Positions 53,802 through 64,000 of a DNA stretch of 64,000 nt are shown piece by piece. A program made the position numbers and the translations under genes. The notes beneath the pieces were generated by a model. The model made no database searches and was not told where the DNA came from. It was given only the letters and a program-made list of their open reading frames with translations. Source of the stretch: Candidatus Kerfeldbacteria bacterium (lineage in GTDB: Bacteria > Patescibacteriota > Patescibacteriia > SBBC01). The stretch is from NCBI GenBank assembly GCA_043799405.1, contig JAZDNT010000003.1:271461-335460 (forward strand), in the 5' to 3' direction. Position 1 is the first letter of the stretch. Each line of letters starts with the position of its first letter.

Positions 53802-56228
53802 TTAAGACTTCTCTTTTTCCGTCTCCAGAATCGCGAGCGTGGTCTTGATCACCGTATCCGGATTCAACGAGATCGAGTCGATCCCCTCGCGTACGAGGAA
53901 CTTCGCGAACTCGGGGAAGTCGGAGGGCGCTTGCCCGCAGATGCCGATCTTGCGCTTTGCAATTTTTGCTCCGTGGATCGCCTGCCGGACGAGGATTTTC
54001 ACTGCCTCGTTGTTCTCGTTCGCAATGTGGCTCACGATACCGGAATCGCGGTCTAATGCTAGTGTGAACTGCGTCAGGTCATTCGATCCGATCGAAAACC
54101 CGTCGAATATCTTCGCGAACTCGTGAACGAGGATCACGTTCGACGGCACCTCGCACATCACGTACACATCAAGCCCGTCCTTGTGCTGCTTCAGGCCGTA
54201 CTTGCTCATCAGCGCAATGACCTTCTTCCCCTCTTCCGGCGTACGGCAGATGGGTATCATGACCTTAATGTTCGTAAGGCCGAACTTCTCGCGCACGCGC
54301 CGGAGTGCCTTGCACTCCATGGCGAACGCGGGTTCGAACTTCGGGTCGTAGTAGCGCGATGCACCACGCCATCCGATCATCGGGTTTTCCTCAGCCGGTT
54401 CGTACTGCTTGCCGCCGATAAGACCGGCGTACTCATTCGTCTTGAAGTCGGAGAGACGCACGATGACATCCTTCGGGTAGAACGCTGCTGCGATCATGCC
54501 GATACCCTGCGAGAGCTTGTCAACGAAATACTCTTTCTTATCGCGGTAACCGACCGTCAATTTCTCGATCTGCTGAACTGCCTTCTTGTCCTTCACCCTC
54601 GGATAGTTGAGCAATGCGAGCGGATGGATCTTGATCCACGATGCAGCGATGAACTCCTCGCGAAGGAGCCCGACGCCGTCGTTCGGAATGAACGACTCGG
54701 AAAAGGCCTGCTCAGGGCTTGCGACGATCATCATAACCTTCGTCTTCGGCCGTTTGAGCGATTTCAAATTTACGGTTTTCACGTCAAACGGCAGGATGCC
54801 GGAGTATACATACCCATCAGCGCCTTCCGCTGCAGAGACTGTCACTGGTACACCGGTCTTGATCACGCGTGTCGCATTTTCCGTACCGACGACTGCCGGG
54901 ATCCCGAGCTCACGCGAAACAATGGCCGCGTGCGACGTCCGGCCGCCGCGGTTCGTGACGATGGCTGACGCTATCTTCATGATCGGTTCCCAGTCCGGGT
55001 CCGTGATGTCGGTCACGAGCACCTCGCCTTTCTTGAACTGTTTCATGTGCTTTGCGTCCATGATGACGCGCGCCTTGCCGCTACCGATCTTTGCGCCGAC
55101 CGCGAGCCCCTTCGCGAGCACCTTTCCGGTCTTTTTTAAGTGGTACGTCTCGAGCTTTGATGTGTCCTTCCGCGACATGACGGTTTCAGGACGTGCCTGA
55201 ACTATGTAGAGCTGCTTTGTTATCCCATCCTTCGCCCACTCCATGTCCATCGGCTTCTTATAGTGCTGTTCGATCTGGACCGCCCAACGCGCAAGTTCGA
55301 ACACTTCTCTATCACTTATGCAGAATCTCCCCAGCTCAGCTGTCGTCGTTGCAATGTTCTTCGTTGGTTTTCCCGGATCCTTTGTGTAGACCATTTTAAT
55401 CTTCTTGTCACCCAGGACCTTTTTAATGAGCGGACTGAAGCCTGCTGCAAGCGTCGGTTTGAACACGACGAACTCGTCCGGCGTGACCCGACCGAGCACG
55501 ATGTTCTCGCCCAAACCCCACGAACCGTTGATGAGGACGGTGTCGCGGAAACCGGATTCCGTGTCAATCGAGAACATGACGCCGGAACACGCGCGGTCCG
55601 ACCTGACCATCTTCTGCACCCCGACCGAGAGCGACACCTTGAAGTGGTCGAATCCCTTATCCTGCCGGTAGCTGATCGCCCGGTTCGTGAAGAGCGACGC
55701 GATGCACTTCTTCACCGCCTCAACGACGCCGTCAGCGCCGCGTATGTTCAGAAAGGTTTCCTGCTGACCGGCGAACGATGCGTCAGGAAGGTCCTCGGCG
55801 GTCGCGGACGAACGCACGGCGACGTCACAGTTCTTGTGGTACTCCTTTTCGAGCTTTGCGTACGCTGCTCTGATCTCGCGCTTGAGGTCTGCCGGGAGCT
55901 CTGCCGCCATGATCGCCTCTCGAACGCGGCTTCCTCGGTCCATAAGGTTCTGAATATTCTTCGTATTGAGATCTTTCAAGATAGAGCGGATCTGCTTTTT
56001 CACGCCTGTCGAAATGATGAAGTACTGGTATGCGCTCGCGGTGATCGCGAATCCGTCCGGAACGCGGACGCCTTTCGACGTTAGAGTGCTGTACATTTCG
56101 CCCAAGGAGGAGTTCTTTCCGCCGACGATCGGGGTATCCATGCTCCGAAGTTCGGAATACCAGAGGATGTTACGCTTTCGTCGTGATCGGTTAGCATTCT
56201 TTACGGTAGTCCGAATTATCTTTTTCAT
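53802..56228 (-). CDS. ppsA: phosphoenolpyruvate synthase
   Basis: 808 aa. N-terminal ATP-grasp (GGKNSSLGEM), central swivel domain (TNRGGRTSHAAIVSRELGIPAVVG) and C-terminal PEP/pyruvate TIM barrel (GSNDLTQ). Confidence 0.9.
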   Translation of the reverse strand: MKKIIRTTVKNANRSRRKRNILWYSELRSMDTPIVGGKNSSLGEMYSTLTSKGVRVPDGFAITASAYQYFIISTGVKKQIRSILKDLNTKNIQNLMDRGSRVREAIMAAELPADLKREIRAAYAKLEKEYHKNCDVAVRSSATAEDLPDASFAGQQETFLNIRGADGVVEAVKKCIASLFTNRAISYRQDKGFDHFKVSLSVGVQKMVRSDRACSGVMFSIDTESGFRDTVLINGSWGLGENIVLGRVTPDEFVVFKPTLAAGFSPLIKKVLGDKKIKMVYTKDPGKPTKNIATTTAELGRFCISDREVFELARWAVQIEQHYKKPMDMEWAKDGITKQLYIVQARPETVMSRKDTSKLETYHLKKTGKVLAKGLAVGAKIGSGKARVIMDAKHMKQFKKGEVLVTDITDPDWEPIMKIASAIVTNRGGRTSHAAIVSRELGIPAVVGTENATRVIKTGVPVTVSAAEGADGYVYSGILPFDVKTVNLKSLKRPKTKVMMIVASPEQAFSESFIPNDGVGLLREEFIAASWIKIHPLALLNYPRVKDKKAVQQIEKLTVGYRDKKEYFVDKLSQGIGMIAAAFYPKDVIVRLSDFKTNEYAGLIGGKQYEPAEENPMIGWRGASRYYDPKFEPAFAMECKALRRVREKFGLTNIKVMIPICRTPEEGKKVIALMSKYGLKQHKDGLDVYVMCEVPSNVILVHEFAKIFDGFSIGSNDLTQFTLALDRDSGIVSHIANENNEAVKILVRQAIHGAKIAKRKIGICGQAPSDFPEFAKFLVREGIDSISLNPDTVIKTTLAILETEKEKS

Positions 56229-56269
56229 AGCTACGTTCGGTTAGGAATAATGATGATGTTATTGTAAAA

Positions 56270-56749
56270 CTACTGCTTGCGTTTACTATCTCTGGTCGTT
56301 GTAAGGAGGTATGCGCTCGTGCTCATGAGCAGCCCGACAAGGATCGCGAGGAGCGAACTCCTGATGATCTCGAAGAACGCGGTCACGTTGTGGTACCAGA
56401 GGAACTGGAAGAGCGACGTCGATACGCCGACGATGAGTCCGGAGGCGAATCCGAGGCCAGTAGCGTTCGCGAGGGTGCCGTGGAAGTACCGCTCGACCGA
56501 TACGCCGAGCGAAACGGTAAGCACGATAAGGAAAAACCATGAAAGCGCGAGGTTCCAGTGCGCCGTGGTTACGATGATGTTGAGAACGACCGTGATAAGC
56601 GACGGCCACTTCACGATCTGCGCGTAGCGGACGACGCTCCATCCTCCGACGATCACTTCGTCGGGTGGAACCGGTTTCCGGTGCGTGTGGTGCGGTGTCG
56701 CGTGCGGCATAGCTCCGTGTAGTATACCGTCGAATAGCTGCATTGACAA
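56270..56749 (-). CDS. hypothetical 4-TM membrane protein
   Basis: 159-aa ORF with four hydrophobic helices. The alternative-frame 170-aa Arg-rich ORF is rejected. Confidence 0.45.
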   Translation of the reverse strand: MSMQLFDGILHGAMPHATPHHTHRKPVPPDEVIVGGWSVVRYAQIVKWPSLITVVLNIIVTTAHWNLALSWFFLIVLTVSLGVSVERYFHGTLANATGLGFASGLIVGVSTSLFQFLWYHNVTAFFEIIRSSLLAILVGLLMSTSAYLLTTTRDSKRKQ

Positions 56750-56831
56750 CGTATGAAAGGAAGGGAAATGAAGAACACAAAACGCGCCTCGGGCTCATCT
56801 CATCGAGCCTGGGGGCGTCTTCGTTCCTACG

Positions 56832-56990
56832 TTACGTTCTCCCGATAAAAAACAGAATAACGGCTATAGCAACCGTGCTAATGAGGACCGACATCAGCGT
56901 GATGAGCGCGATGCGGCGCGACGTCGCTGTCCGTGCTTCGATCTGCTGTGCTGTGGGTTTTTCCATATACTTGGTTACGTTCATTAACAT
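56832..56990 (-). CDS. possible small single-TM protein (52 aa)
   Basis: Found by hand and below the ORF-track length cutoff: MLMNVTKYMEKPTAQQIEARTATSRRIALITLMSVLISTVAIAVILFFIGRT*. The hydrophobic C-terminal helix is the only support. Confidence 0.3.
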   Translation of the reverse strand: MLMNVTKYMEKPTAQQIEARTATSRRIALITLMSVLISTVAIAVILFFIGRT

Positions 56991-57032
56991 TCTGGATAAT
57001 ACCCCGTTATTCCTATGCTGTCCACTTCCAAA

Positions 57033-57059
57033 GAGCGCGGACGTTCTGTCCGCGCTCTA
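57033..57059 (-). terminator. putative groESL terminator hairpin
   Basis: agagcgcggac-gttct-gtccgcgctct (11-bp perfect stem). On the minus strand it is followed by TTTGG; the T-run is short. Confidence 0.45.
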
Positions 57060-57140
57060 GAGTATTCTTCCGTTGCGCCGCTCGAGCGAGAATCAGGGTG
57101 CCCGACCTCCCCAACGTCCCGCGCTATGCTTGGGACGTTC

Positions 57141-57235
57141 TCCCCTCCTACCGCCCCCTCCCCCTCCTAAGCTTAGGAGGGGTGCCGCCTGCTGGCGGGT
57201 TCAAGGGAGGGGATACCGCGGAGCGGAGGGGCGGT
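57141..57235. repeat. GC-rich structured intergenic element, copy B
   Basis: Perfect 22-bp palindrome cccctcctaagcttaggagggg (57161..57182), then hairpin ccgcc-tgct-ggcgg (57185..57198), plus further complementary C/T and G/A tracts. Lies directly after the groEL stop. Confidence 0.6.
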
Positions 57236-58894
<1,659 letters not shown>

Positions 58895-58914
58895 CTAAAT
58901 CCTTACCTAGAGTA

Positions 58915-59205
58915 TTATTGAGTCGTTGCGATAATGTCGCTCTCTTCGGCGACGAGGTACTCCGTGCCTTCGATCTTCACCTTGTCCGGTCCATACTTCT
59001 TTAAAATTACCTTGTCCCCGACCTTCACGGACATTGGTGCGCGGGTTCCGTTGTCGAGAAGCTTGCCCGGACCGATGGCAAGCACTTCGCCGTGCTCAAG
59101 CTCTTCTTTTTCCGCGGTATCCGGCAGGACAATGCCTGATTTCGTCATTTTGTCCTCTGCCGAGGCTTTCACGATGACATGGTCTCCCAATGGTTGTAGC
59201 TTCAT
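58915..59205 (-). CDS. groS: co-chaperonin GroES
   Basis: 96 aa. MKLQPLGDHVIVK...GIVLPDTAKEK...G.V.A.G.G. Confidence 0.95.
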   Translation of the reverse strand: MKLQPLGDHVIVKASAEDKMTKSGIVLPDTAEKEELEHGEVLAIGPGKLLDNGTRAPMSVKVGDKVILKKYGPDKVKIEGTEYLVAEESDIIATTQ

Positions 59206-59249
59206 ACACTCAAAATCTCCTTTAGTTAACTATAGGTAAAAGGTTGTTT

Positions 59250-59276
59250 TTAGCACTCTCTTATCAAGAGTGCTAA
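59250..59276. promoter_or_regulatory. CIRCE operator (HrcA binding site)
   Basis: TTAGCACTC-TCTTATCAA-GAGTGCTAA is a perfect match to the CIRCE consensus TTAGCACTC-N9-GAGTGCTAA. It lies 45 nt upstream of the groES start. Confidence 0.9.
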
Positions 59277-59339
59277 TTATCCACATTGTAACAACAGCAA
59301 AAAGTATGTCAAGAGCGTCCACGCGCTTAACGCCATCAA

Positions 59340-59924
59340 TCACTTAATAAGAGGCACAAATAGCTGCTCGATCGCCCTTCGGTTCTTTTTTGCGATCGAG
59401 ATACAGTCGGGCAGCGTCAGGTATCCGAGCTTCTGCTTCATTTTCAGGAGCACTCGTTTTGCAGATAGTTTCGGGGACCAGCCGCGTCTGCCGAGCTCAT
59501 GGAAATAGAAGAGCGCGCCCTCGACGGTCACGAACTTCATGCACTCGGCGTTCTTCATGACTTCCGCGAGTTTTGACGTTCCTCGTACGTGGTCATGGTG
59601 CGCCTCTATCGCGTTTTGTAGCAACACAATATCTTTCGGTGCGACGCGCCATTTCCGGAGATACGGCACAACGAAGTTACTGCTTAATCGCTCGTGATTC
59701 CGCTGCACGCGTCCGCTCCATATCGGGGAGAACACGGTATGCGCGAGATAGAGGCTCGCTACGACAAGATCTGCGTCGACCCCATAACGACGTGCGACCT
59801 TTCTTCCGTATATGACCGCATGTTCAGTGAGCACCCATGCCGGCGCCCTGTTCTTCTTCGTCTGCCGGAGCATCAGCGACTTACTCAAAGCGGCAAGTCT
59901 TTTATTCGAGATGTATTTCCGCAT
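59340..59924 (-). CDS. putative HD-domain protein
   Basis: About 194 aa. H...HHDH (AIEAHHDHV) and helical character suggest an HD-type phosphohydrolase; the call is weak. Start ATG 59924 lies 1 nt after the upstream stop; the ORF track start is 59993. Confidence 0.4.
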   Translation of the reverse strand: MRKYISNKRLAALSKSLMLRQTKKNRAPAWVLTEHAVIYGRKVARRYGVDADLVVASLYLAHTVFSPIWSGRVQRNHERLSSNFVVPYLRKWRVAPKDIVLLQNAIEAHHDHVRGTSKLAEVMKNAECMKFVTVEGALFYFHELGRRGWSPKLSAKRVLLKMKQKLGYLTLPDCISIAKKNRRAIEQLFVPLIK

Positions 59925-59925
59925 G

Positions 59926-60903
59926 TTATATCGTAAGTCCAGACATCCGTTTCTGGAACTCGAGTTGATATTCCTCCCGGCGGTCACGCTCATGGAACTT
60001 CAGCACATCGTCCGTCACGACCACGTCGGTCGTTTCGTCATGGATGCGGCTTCCCTGCTTCGCGAGCATGTGGTCGTACTGAAGGTCGCTCGCGAGCCAC
60101 TCGCCAATGTCGCCGAGCACGCTGTAACCCAGAGCTTCGGGAATGAAGCGCACTATCTTCACGAAGACGTCATCGTTGTGGTACGGCACGGGTGCGCCCC
60201 GGAAACCGTGCGGGATTCGCTCTGCAACCCACTTGTTCGCCGAGAGGAACCTGTTCCAGCAGCCGTTCCGCGAGAACATTGGAACGACCTGCGTGATCCA
60301 GTAGTGCAGGTACGTATCGCGCTCGATCGCGGGATGCTGCAACGATTCTAAGTTTAGCGCGCCATCACTCACGTAAAAACTCAGACAGATGTTATCCGCG
60401 ACCCTGCTGCCGTGCCGTCGCACACCCATCAGGTGCACGAGTGCGGTCACGACCGCACGTGTAAGCCACAGCCGCCGGCGTTTCACGATGATGAACAGGT
60501 CAATATCGCTCTCGGGGCGGGCATTATCGAGAGCAAGCGTATTTACGACACCGATGAAACGGACGAACGGAACGAAACGAAGGATGCCCGAAACCCGTTT
60601 TGCGCGCCGCCACTTCCGCTCGTTCGCGACTTTTCGTTCCATCCGCGTTGCAACGTTCACAGACCGTCCCTTCAGGCTCACGAACGAGCCCGCGCGGTCG
60701 GTGAGCTCTGCGAGCGGCCCCGAACTCAATGCCCGTTCAACGTCCACGGGCGTCGCACGCGCAACGTCCTCCGTATCCCACGCATACTCAACATACAGCC
60801 ATTTCCAGATCTCCTCTACCGTCAATGGGTACTCAAATATGTCGTGGTACGCCAAAACCGCGAGTATCGAGCGTTCCAACGGTGAGAGCTGTGGAGAAGT
60901 CAT
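59926..60903 (-). CDS. nucleotidyltransferase-fold protein
   Basis: 325 aa. The pattern G..N..A.....ESDIDLFIIV is typical of minimal polymerase-beta-type nucleotidyltransferase domains. N-terminal winged-helix-like region. Confidence 0.5.
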   Translation of the reverse strand: MTSPQLSPLERSILAVLAYHDIFEYPLTVEEIWKWLYVEYAWDTEDVARATPVDVERALSSGPLAELTDRAGSFVSLKGRSVNVATRMERKVANERKWRRAKRVSGILRFVPFVRFIGVVNTLALDNARPESDIDLFIIVKRRRLWLTRAVVTALVHLMGVRRHGSRVADNICLSFYVSDGALNLESLQHPAIERDTYLHYWITQVVPMFSRNGCWNRFLSANKWVAERIPHGFRGAPVPYHNDDVFVKIVRFIPEALGYSVLGDIGEWLASDLQYDHMLAKQGSRIHDETTDVVVTDDVLKFHERDRREEYQLEFQKRMSGLTI

Positions 60904-60956
60904 AGCATGGACGCCATCATTCTATCGCACGTCGAACCCCACCGCCAGTGGACGGT

Positions 60957-61054
60957 GCCGTCTCCTACCGCACTCATCCCCTCCTCATATGAGGAGGGGT
61001 GCCCCGACCGCACCGCGCGTCGGGGCGGGGTGGTCTTCCTAGGATGGAGACGGC
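60957..61054. repeat. GC-rich structured intergenic element, copy C (three-way junction)
   Basis: Outer stem gccgtctcc (60957..60965) pairs with ggagacggc (61046..61054). It encloses the perfect 22-bp palindrome cccctcctcatatgaggagggg (60978..60999) and the hairpin ccccgac..gtcgggg (61002..61025). Confidence 0.6.
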
Positions 61055-61057
61055 GCT

Positions 61058-64000
61058 TTAGCTGTTCTTCTTGCTCTTCGTCTTGCCCGCGCCTGTCTTC
61101 GCCAGCATCGACTTCAGATATTGCCCTGTGTACGACCGCTTTACGTTCGCTACCTGCAGCGGCGTTCCAATAGCCACGACATCGCCTCCCTTTGCTCCCC
61201 CTTCCAGACCGAGGTCGATGAGCCAGTCCGCGCTCTTGATCACATCGAGGTTGTGCTCGACGATGAGCACGGTATTACCCTTGTCCACGAGCTGGTTCAC
61301 GACGCCGAGGAGCCGTTTCACGTCGTCGAAGTGCAGGCCGGTCGTCGGCTCGTCCAGGATATAGAGTGTCCGGCCGGTCGCTCGTCGCGAGAGTTCTGCC
61401 GAGAGCTTCACGCGCTGCGCCTCGCCGCCGGAGAGCGTCGTTGCCGACTGGCCGAGGTGTATGTAGCCGAGCCCTACGTCGAAGAGCGTCTTGAGCTTCT
61501 GGTTGACCGCCGGAATGTGCTCGAAAAACTTCATCGCCTCCTCAACGGTCATGTCGAGGACGTCCGCAATATTCTTCGTGCGGTAGGTGATCTCGAGCGC
61601 CTGCGAGTTGTAGCGCTTGCCGTGACACTCCTCGCACTCGACGTACACATCCGGCAAAAAGTGCATCTCGATGCGGACGACGCCGTCACCCTCGCACGCT
61701 TCACACCGTCCGCCCTTTACGTTGAACGAGAACCGACCGGGGCCGTAGCCTCTGATGCGCGCTTCTGGCACCTGCGTGAAGAGATCGCGCATATAGGTGA
61801 ATACACCCGTGTAGGTCGCCGGGTTGGAACGTGGCGTCCTGCCGATCGGCGACTGGTCGATATCTATGACCTTGTCAAGGTGTTCGATGCCGACAATATC
61901 CTTGTGTGCGGCCGGAAGGTTTTTTGCGTTGTAGAAGTGCTGGTTCAGAGAGCGTGCAAGGATATCGGTCATGAGCGTCGATTTTCCAGACCCGGAAACA
62001 CCGGTGATGCATACGAACTTGCCGAGCGGTATCGGTACCGTGATGTTCTTCAGGTTGTAGGCTGTTGCTCCCTTTATGACGAGCTGCTTTCCGTTGCCCT
62101 CGCGGTACTTCTTTGGCGGATCGATGCTGAGCTTGCCGGTAAGATACTTGCCGGTCAGGGAATTCGTGTTCGCCATGATCGCCCGAGGGCTCCCCTGCGC
62201 GACGATCTCGCCGCCGTGCTCCCCTGCGCCGGGACCGATATCAACAACTTCGTCAGCCGACAGGATCGTCGATTCATCGTGCTCGACGACGATGACGGTA
62301 TTACCAAGATCTCGAAGGCGCTTCAGCGTCTCGATGAGCTTATCGTTGTCCCGCTGGTGAAGGCCAATCGACGGTTCGTCAAGGATGTAGACGACGCCGA
62401 CAAGCGAGGAGCCGATCTGCGTCGCAAGGCGGATGCGCTGCGCTTCGCCTCCGGCGAGCGTCGATGCGCTCCTGTCGAGCGTCAGGTAGTCGAGCCCGAC
62501 GTTATGGAGGAACGCGAGGCGGTTCCGAATCTCCTTCACGATCTGGTGGCTGATCTTCCTGTCGCGTTCGGAGAGTCGCAGTGCACTATCCTTCGACTTC
62601 GGATCGCCGAGAGCGCTGAAGAGACCGACCGCCTGTTCGATGGTCATCTCGGACACCTCGGAGATGCTCTTCCCGCCGACGGTAACGCCGAGCACTTCTT
62701 TCTTAAGGCGCTTCCCCTTACAGAGCGGGCAGGGATAGACGCGCATGTACCGTTCGATCTCGGCGCGCATGTAGTCTGAATCGGTCTCGCGGTAGCGCCG
62801 CATCAGGTTCGGGACGACGCCTTCGTAGGTCGTATTGAACGCCTGTACCTTATGGTTCCCCCCAAAGTCGTTGAGGTTATAGAGCTGACTGCCGGTTCCG
62901 TAGAGCACCATGTCGAGCGCTTTCTTCGGGAGTTTCTCTACCGGAACGTCGAGGGAAAACTTGTTCGCAGAAGCCATGCCCTCGAGGATGCGGTAGTACC
63001 AGGTCTGGTTCGAGCTCGTTCGGGACCATGGCCGGATAGCGCCTTCGGCGATCGTGAGGCGTCTGTTCGGAATGACGAGGTCAGAATCGATCTCGAGCTT
63101 CGTTCCGAGGCCGGTGCACTCCGGGCATGCACCGTGCGGCGAGTTGAATGAGAAGCTCCGCGGCTCAAGGTCAGGCAGGTTCGTTCCGTCGTACGAGCAG
63201 GCGAACCGTTCACTGAAGACCGTTTCGTCGCCGTCGGGCACGATCTCGGTCGTCCCCTGCCGTAATTGTTGGATGATAGCGAGGCCTTCGCCGAGCTTGA
63301 GCGCCGTTTCGACAGAATCGTAGAGGCGTGTTTTCTCAGAATCCGCTTCTTTTTCCTCGGCGTCCTCACCGATAACGAGCCGGTCGACGACGACCTCGAC
63401 CTTATGCTTCTTCTGCTTGTCGACACGGAGATCTTCCGCTTCATCGATCGTATAGACGACACCATCAAAACGGACGCGCACGAAACCCGCCTTTCGGACC
63501 TCAGCCAAAAGGTGCTTGTGCTCTCCCTTCTGGTCGCGGATGACCGGCGCCATGATCATGATCCGGGTGCCTTTCGGAAGCTGCCGGATGTGCTCAACGA
63601 TCTGCTCGACGGTCTGCCGGGAAACGACACGACCGCACGTCGGGCAGTGCGGAACGCCGATTCGCGCGAACAGCAACCGTAGGTAATCATAGATCTCCGT
63701 TACTGTCCCGACGGTCGAGCGCGGATTGTGCGTGGTCGACTTTTGGTCGATAGAGATCGCAGGCGATAACCCCTCGATCTGGTCAACGTCGGGCTTGTCC
63801 ATGAGTCCCAAAAATTGCCGTGCGTAGGCTGAAAGGGATTCAACGTACCGGCGCTGGCCTTCTGCATAGATGGTATCGAACGCCAACGAGGACTTCCCTG
63901 AACCAGAGAGTCCTGTAAAGACGATCAGCTTATTGCGTGGGATCGTCAGGCTCACGTTCTTGAGATTGTGGACCCGAGCGCCCCGTATGATGATCTTTTC
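61058..64000 (-). CDS. uvrA: excinuclease ABC subunit UvrA (N-terminal few residues beyond window end)
   Basis: Two ABC ATPase modules ([18 protein letters not shown]; LSGGEAQR twice) and zinc modules (CPTCG, CPECTG, CPLCKG, CEACEG). The reading frame stays open from 63955 to 64000 ([23 protein letters not shown]). Confidence 0.95.
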   Translation of the reverse strand, partial: EKIIIRGARVHNLKNVSLTIPRNKLIVFTGLSGSGKSSLAFDTIYAEGQRRYVESLSAYARQFLGLMDKPDVDQIEGLSPAISIDQKSTTHNPRSTVGTVTEIYDYLRLLFARIGVPHCPTCGRVVSRQTVEQIVEHIRQLPKGTRIMIMAPVIRDQKGEHKHLLAEVRKAGFVRVRFDGVVYTIDEAEDLRVDKQKKHKVEVVVDRLVIGEDAEEKEADSEKTRLYDSVETALKLGEGLAIIQQLRQGTTEIVPDGDETVFSERFACSYDGTNLPDLEPRSFSFNSPHGACPECTGLGTKLEIDSDLVIPNRRLTIAEGAIRPWSRTSSNQTWYYRILEGMASANKFSLDVPVEKLPKKALDMVLYGTGSQLYNLNDFGGNHKVQAFNTTYEGVVPNLMRRYRETDSDYMRAEIERYMRVYPCPLCKGKRLKKEVLGVTVGGKSISEVSEMTIEQAVGLFSALGDPKSKDSALRLSERDRKISHQIVKEIRNRLAFLHNVGLDYLTLDRSASTLAGGEAQRIRLATQIGSSLVGVVYILDEPSIGLHQRDNDKLIETLKRLRDLGNTVIVVEHDESTILSADEVVDIGPGAGEHGGEIVAQGSPRAIMANTNSLTGKYLTGKLSIDPPKKYREGNGKQLVIKGATAYNLKNITVPIPLGKFVCITGVSGSGKSTLMTDILARSLNQHFYNAKNLPAAHKDIVGIEHLDKVIDIDQSPIGRTPRSNPATYTGVFTYMRDLFTQVPEARIRGYGPGRFSFNVKGGRCEACEGDGVVRIEMHFLPDVYVECEECHGKRYNSQALEITYRTKNIADVLDMTVEEAMKFFEHIPAVNQKLKTLFDVGLGYIHLGQSATTLSGGEAQRVKLSAELSRRATGRTLYILDEPTTGLHFDDVKRLLGVVNQLVDKGNTVLIVEHNLDVIKSADWLIDLGLEGGAKGGDVVAIGTPLQVANVKRSYTGQYLKSMLAKTGAGKTKSKKNS

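Noticed and set aside
60904-60994. A 26-codon upstream ORF starting at the ATG directly after AGGAGGGG in repeat copy C and ending in an ATGA overlap with the nucleotidyltransferase gene.
   Set aside because: The SD-like sequence is only 2 nt from the ATG and is buried in a 22-bp palindrome. The peptide has no features. It is probably fortuitous, though it is mentioned under the copy C finding.

Overview
This is a 64 kb stretch of moderately GC-rich bacterial chromosome. Genes are small and tightly packed, and eight gene pairs overlap by ATGA (stop and start sharing 4 nt). The standard genetic code applies, since TGA clearly terminates genes. The gene content looks like an uncultivated fermentative bacterium of the CPR/Patescibacteria type; that placement is inference from gene content only.

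I support about 60 protein genes and 2 tRNAs. I found no rRNA, no CRISPR array, and no transposase, integrase or reverse-transcriptase ORF. Two real genes are missing from the ORF track because they run off the window: 1..915 (-) and the uvrA N-terminus at 63956..64000.

Gene blocks in order:
- (i) 1-7.6 kb: envelope and secreted proteins, a BlaI-family repressor, and an Fe/Mn superoxide dismutase.
- (ii) 7.6-13.6 kb: a suf Fe-S cluster operon (sufC, sufB, sufS, sufU) led by a Fur-family regulator. It carries two foreign inserts (a PEP-utilizer mobile-domain protein ending in a duplicated SufC tail, and GrpB) plus a roughly 40-codon relic of a lost SufD/SufB-like gene.
- (iii) 13.6-19.5 kb: ZIP metal transporter, beta-helix protein, HU, RRM RNA-binding protein, NUDIX hydrolase, HNH protein, tRNA-Asn.
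- (iv) 19.8-23.2 kb (+): ferredoxin, FAD/NAD(P) oxidoreductase, and the small and large subunits of a minimal [NiFe]-hydrogenase.
- (v) 26.3-32.1 kb (-): a HypC-like fusion protein, hydrogenase endopeptidase, PduL, acetate kinase, and the alpha and beta subunits of 2-oxoacid:ferredoxin oxidoreductase (OFOR). A low-GC island at 24.5-26.3 kb separates blocks iv and v.
- (vi) A 1439-aa surface protein.
- (vii) rpoD and dnaG.
- (viii) 42.5-56.2 kb: an operon of an NAPRT-like phosphoribosyltransferase, two APH-like kinases and a histidine phosphatase; a fibre-like membrane protein; an AT-rich decayed region; tRNA-Ser(GGA) nested inside a broken second tRNA-Ser-like gene; a GT-C-like membrane protein; a second NAPRT-like gene; ppsA.
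- (ix) groES-groEL with a perfect CIRCE operator, HD and nucleotidyltransferase proteins, and uvrA.

The best candidate for something undescribed is a family of three homologous 76-79 bp MITE-like elements. Each has perfect 13-15 bp terminal inverted repeats and a TGA target duplication. Each sits exactly on the stop/start junction between cistrons of the hydrogenase and OFOR-acetate operons, so the arms pair the upstream stop codon with the downstream start codon.

Other notable items are a [NiFe]-hydrogenase dimer wired to ferredoxin plus an FNR-like flavoprotein instead of canonical diaphorase subunits, the mosaic suf operon, two families of GC-rich structured intergenic repeats, and the nested tRNA-Ser locus. 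All start-codon choices and family assignments were made by eye from motifs, not from searches.
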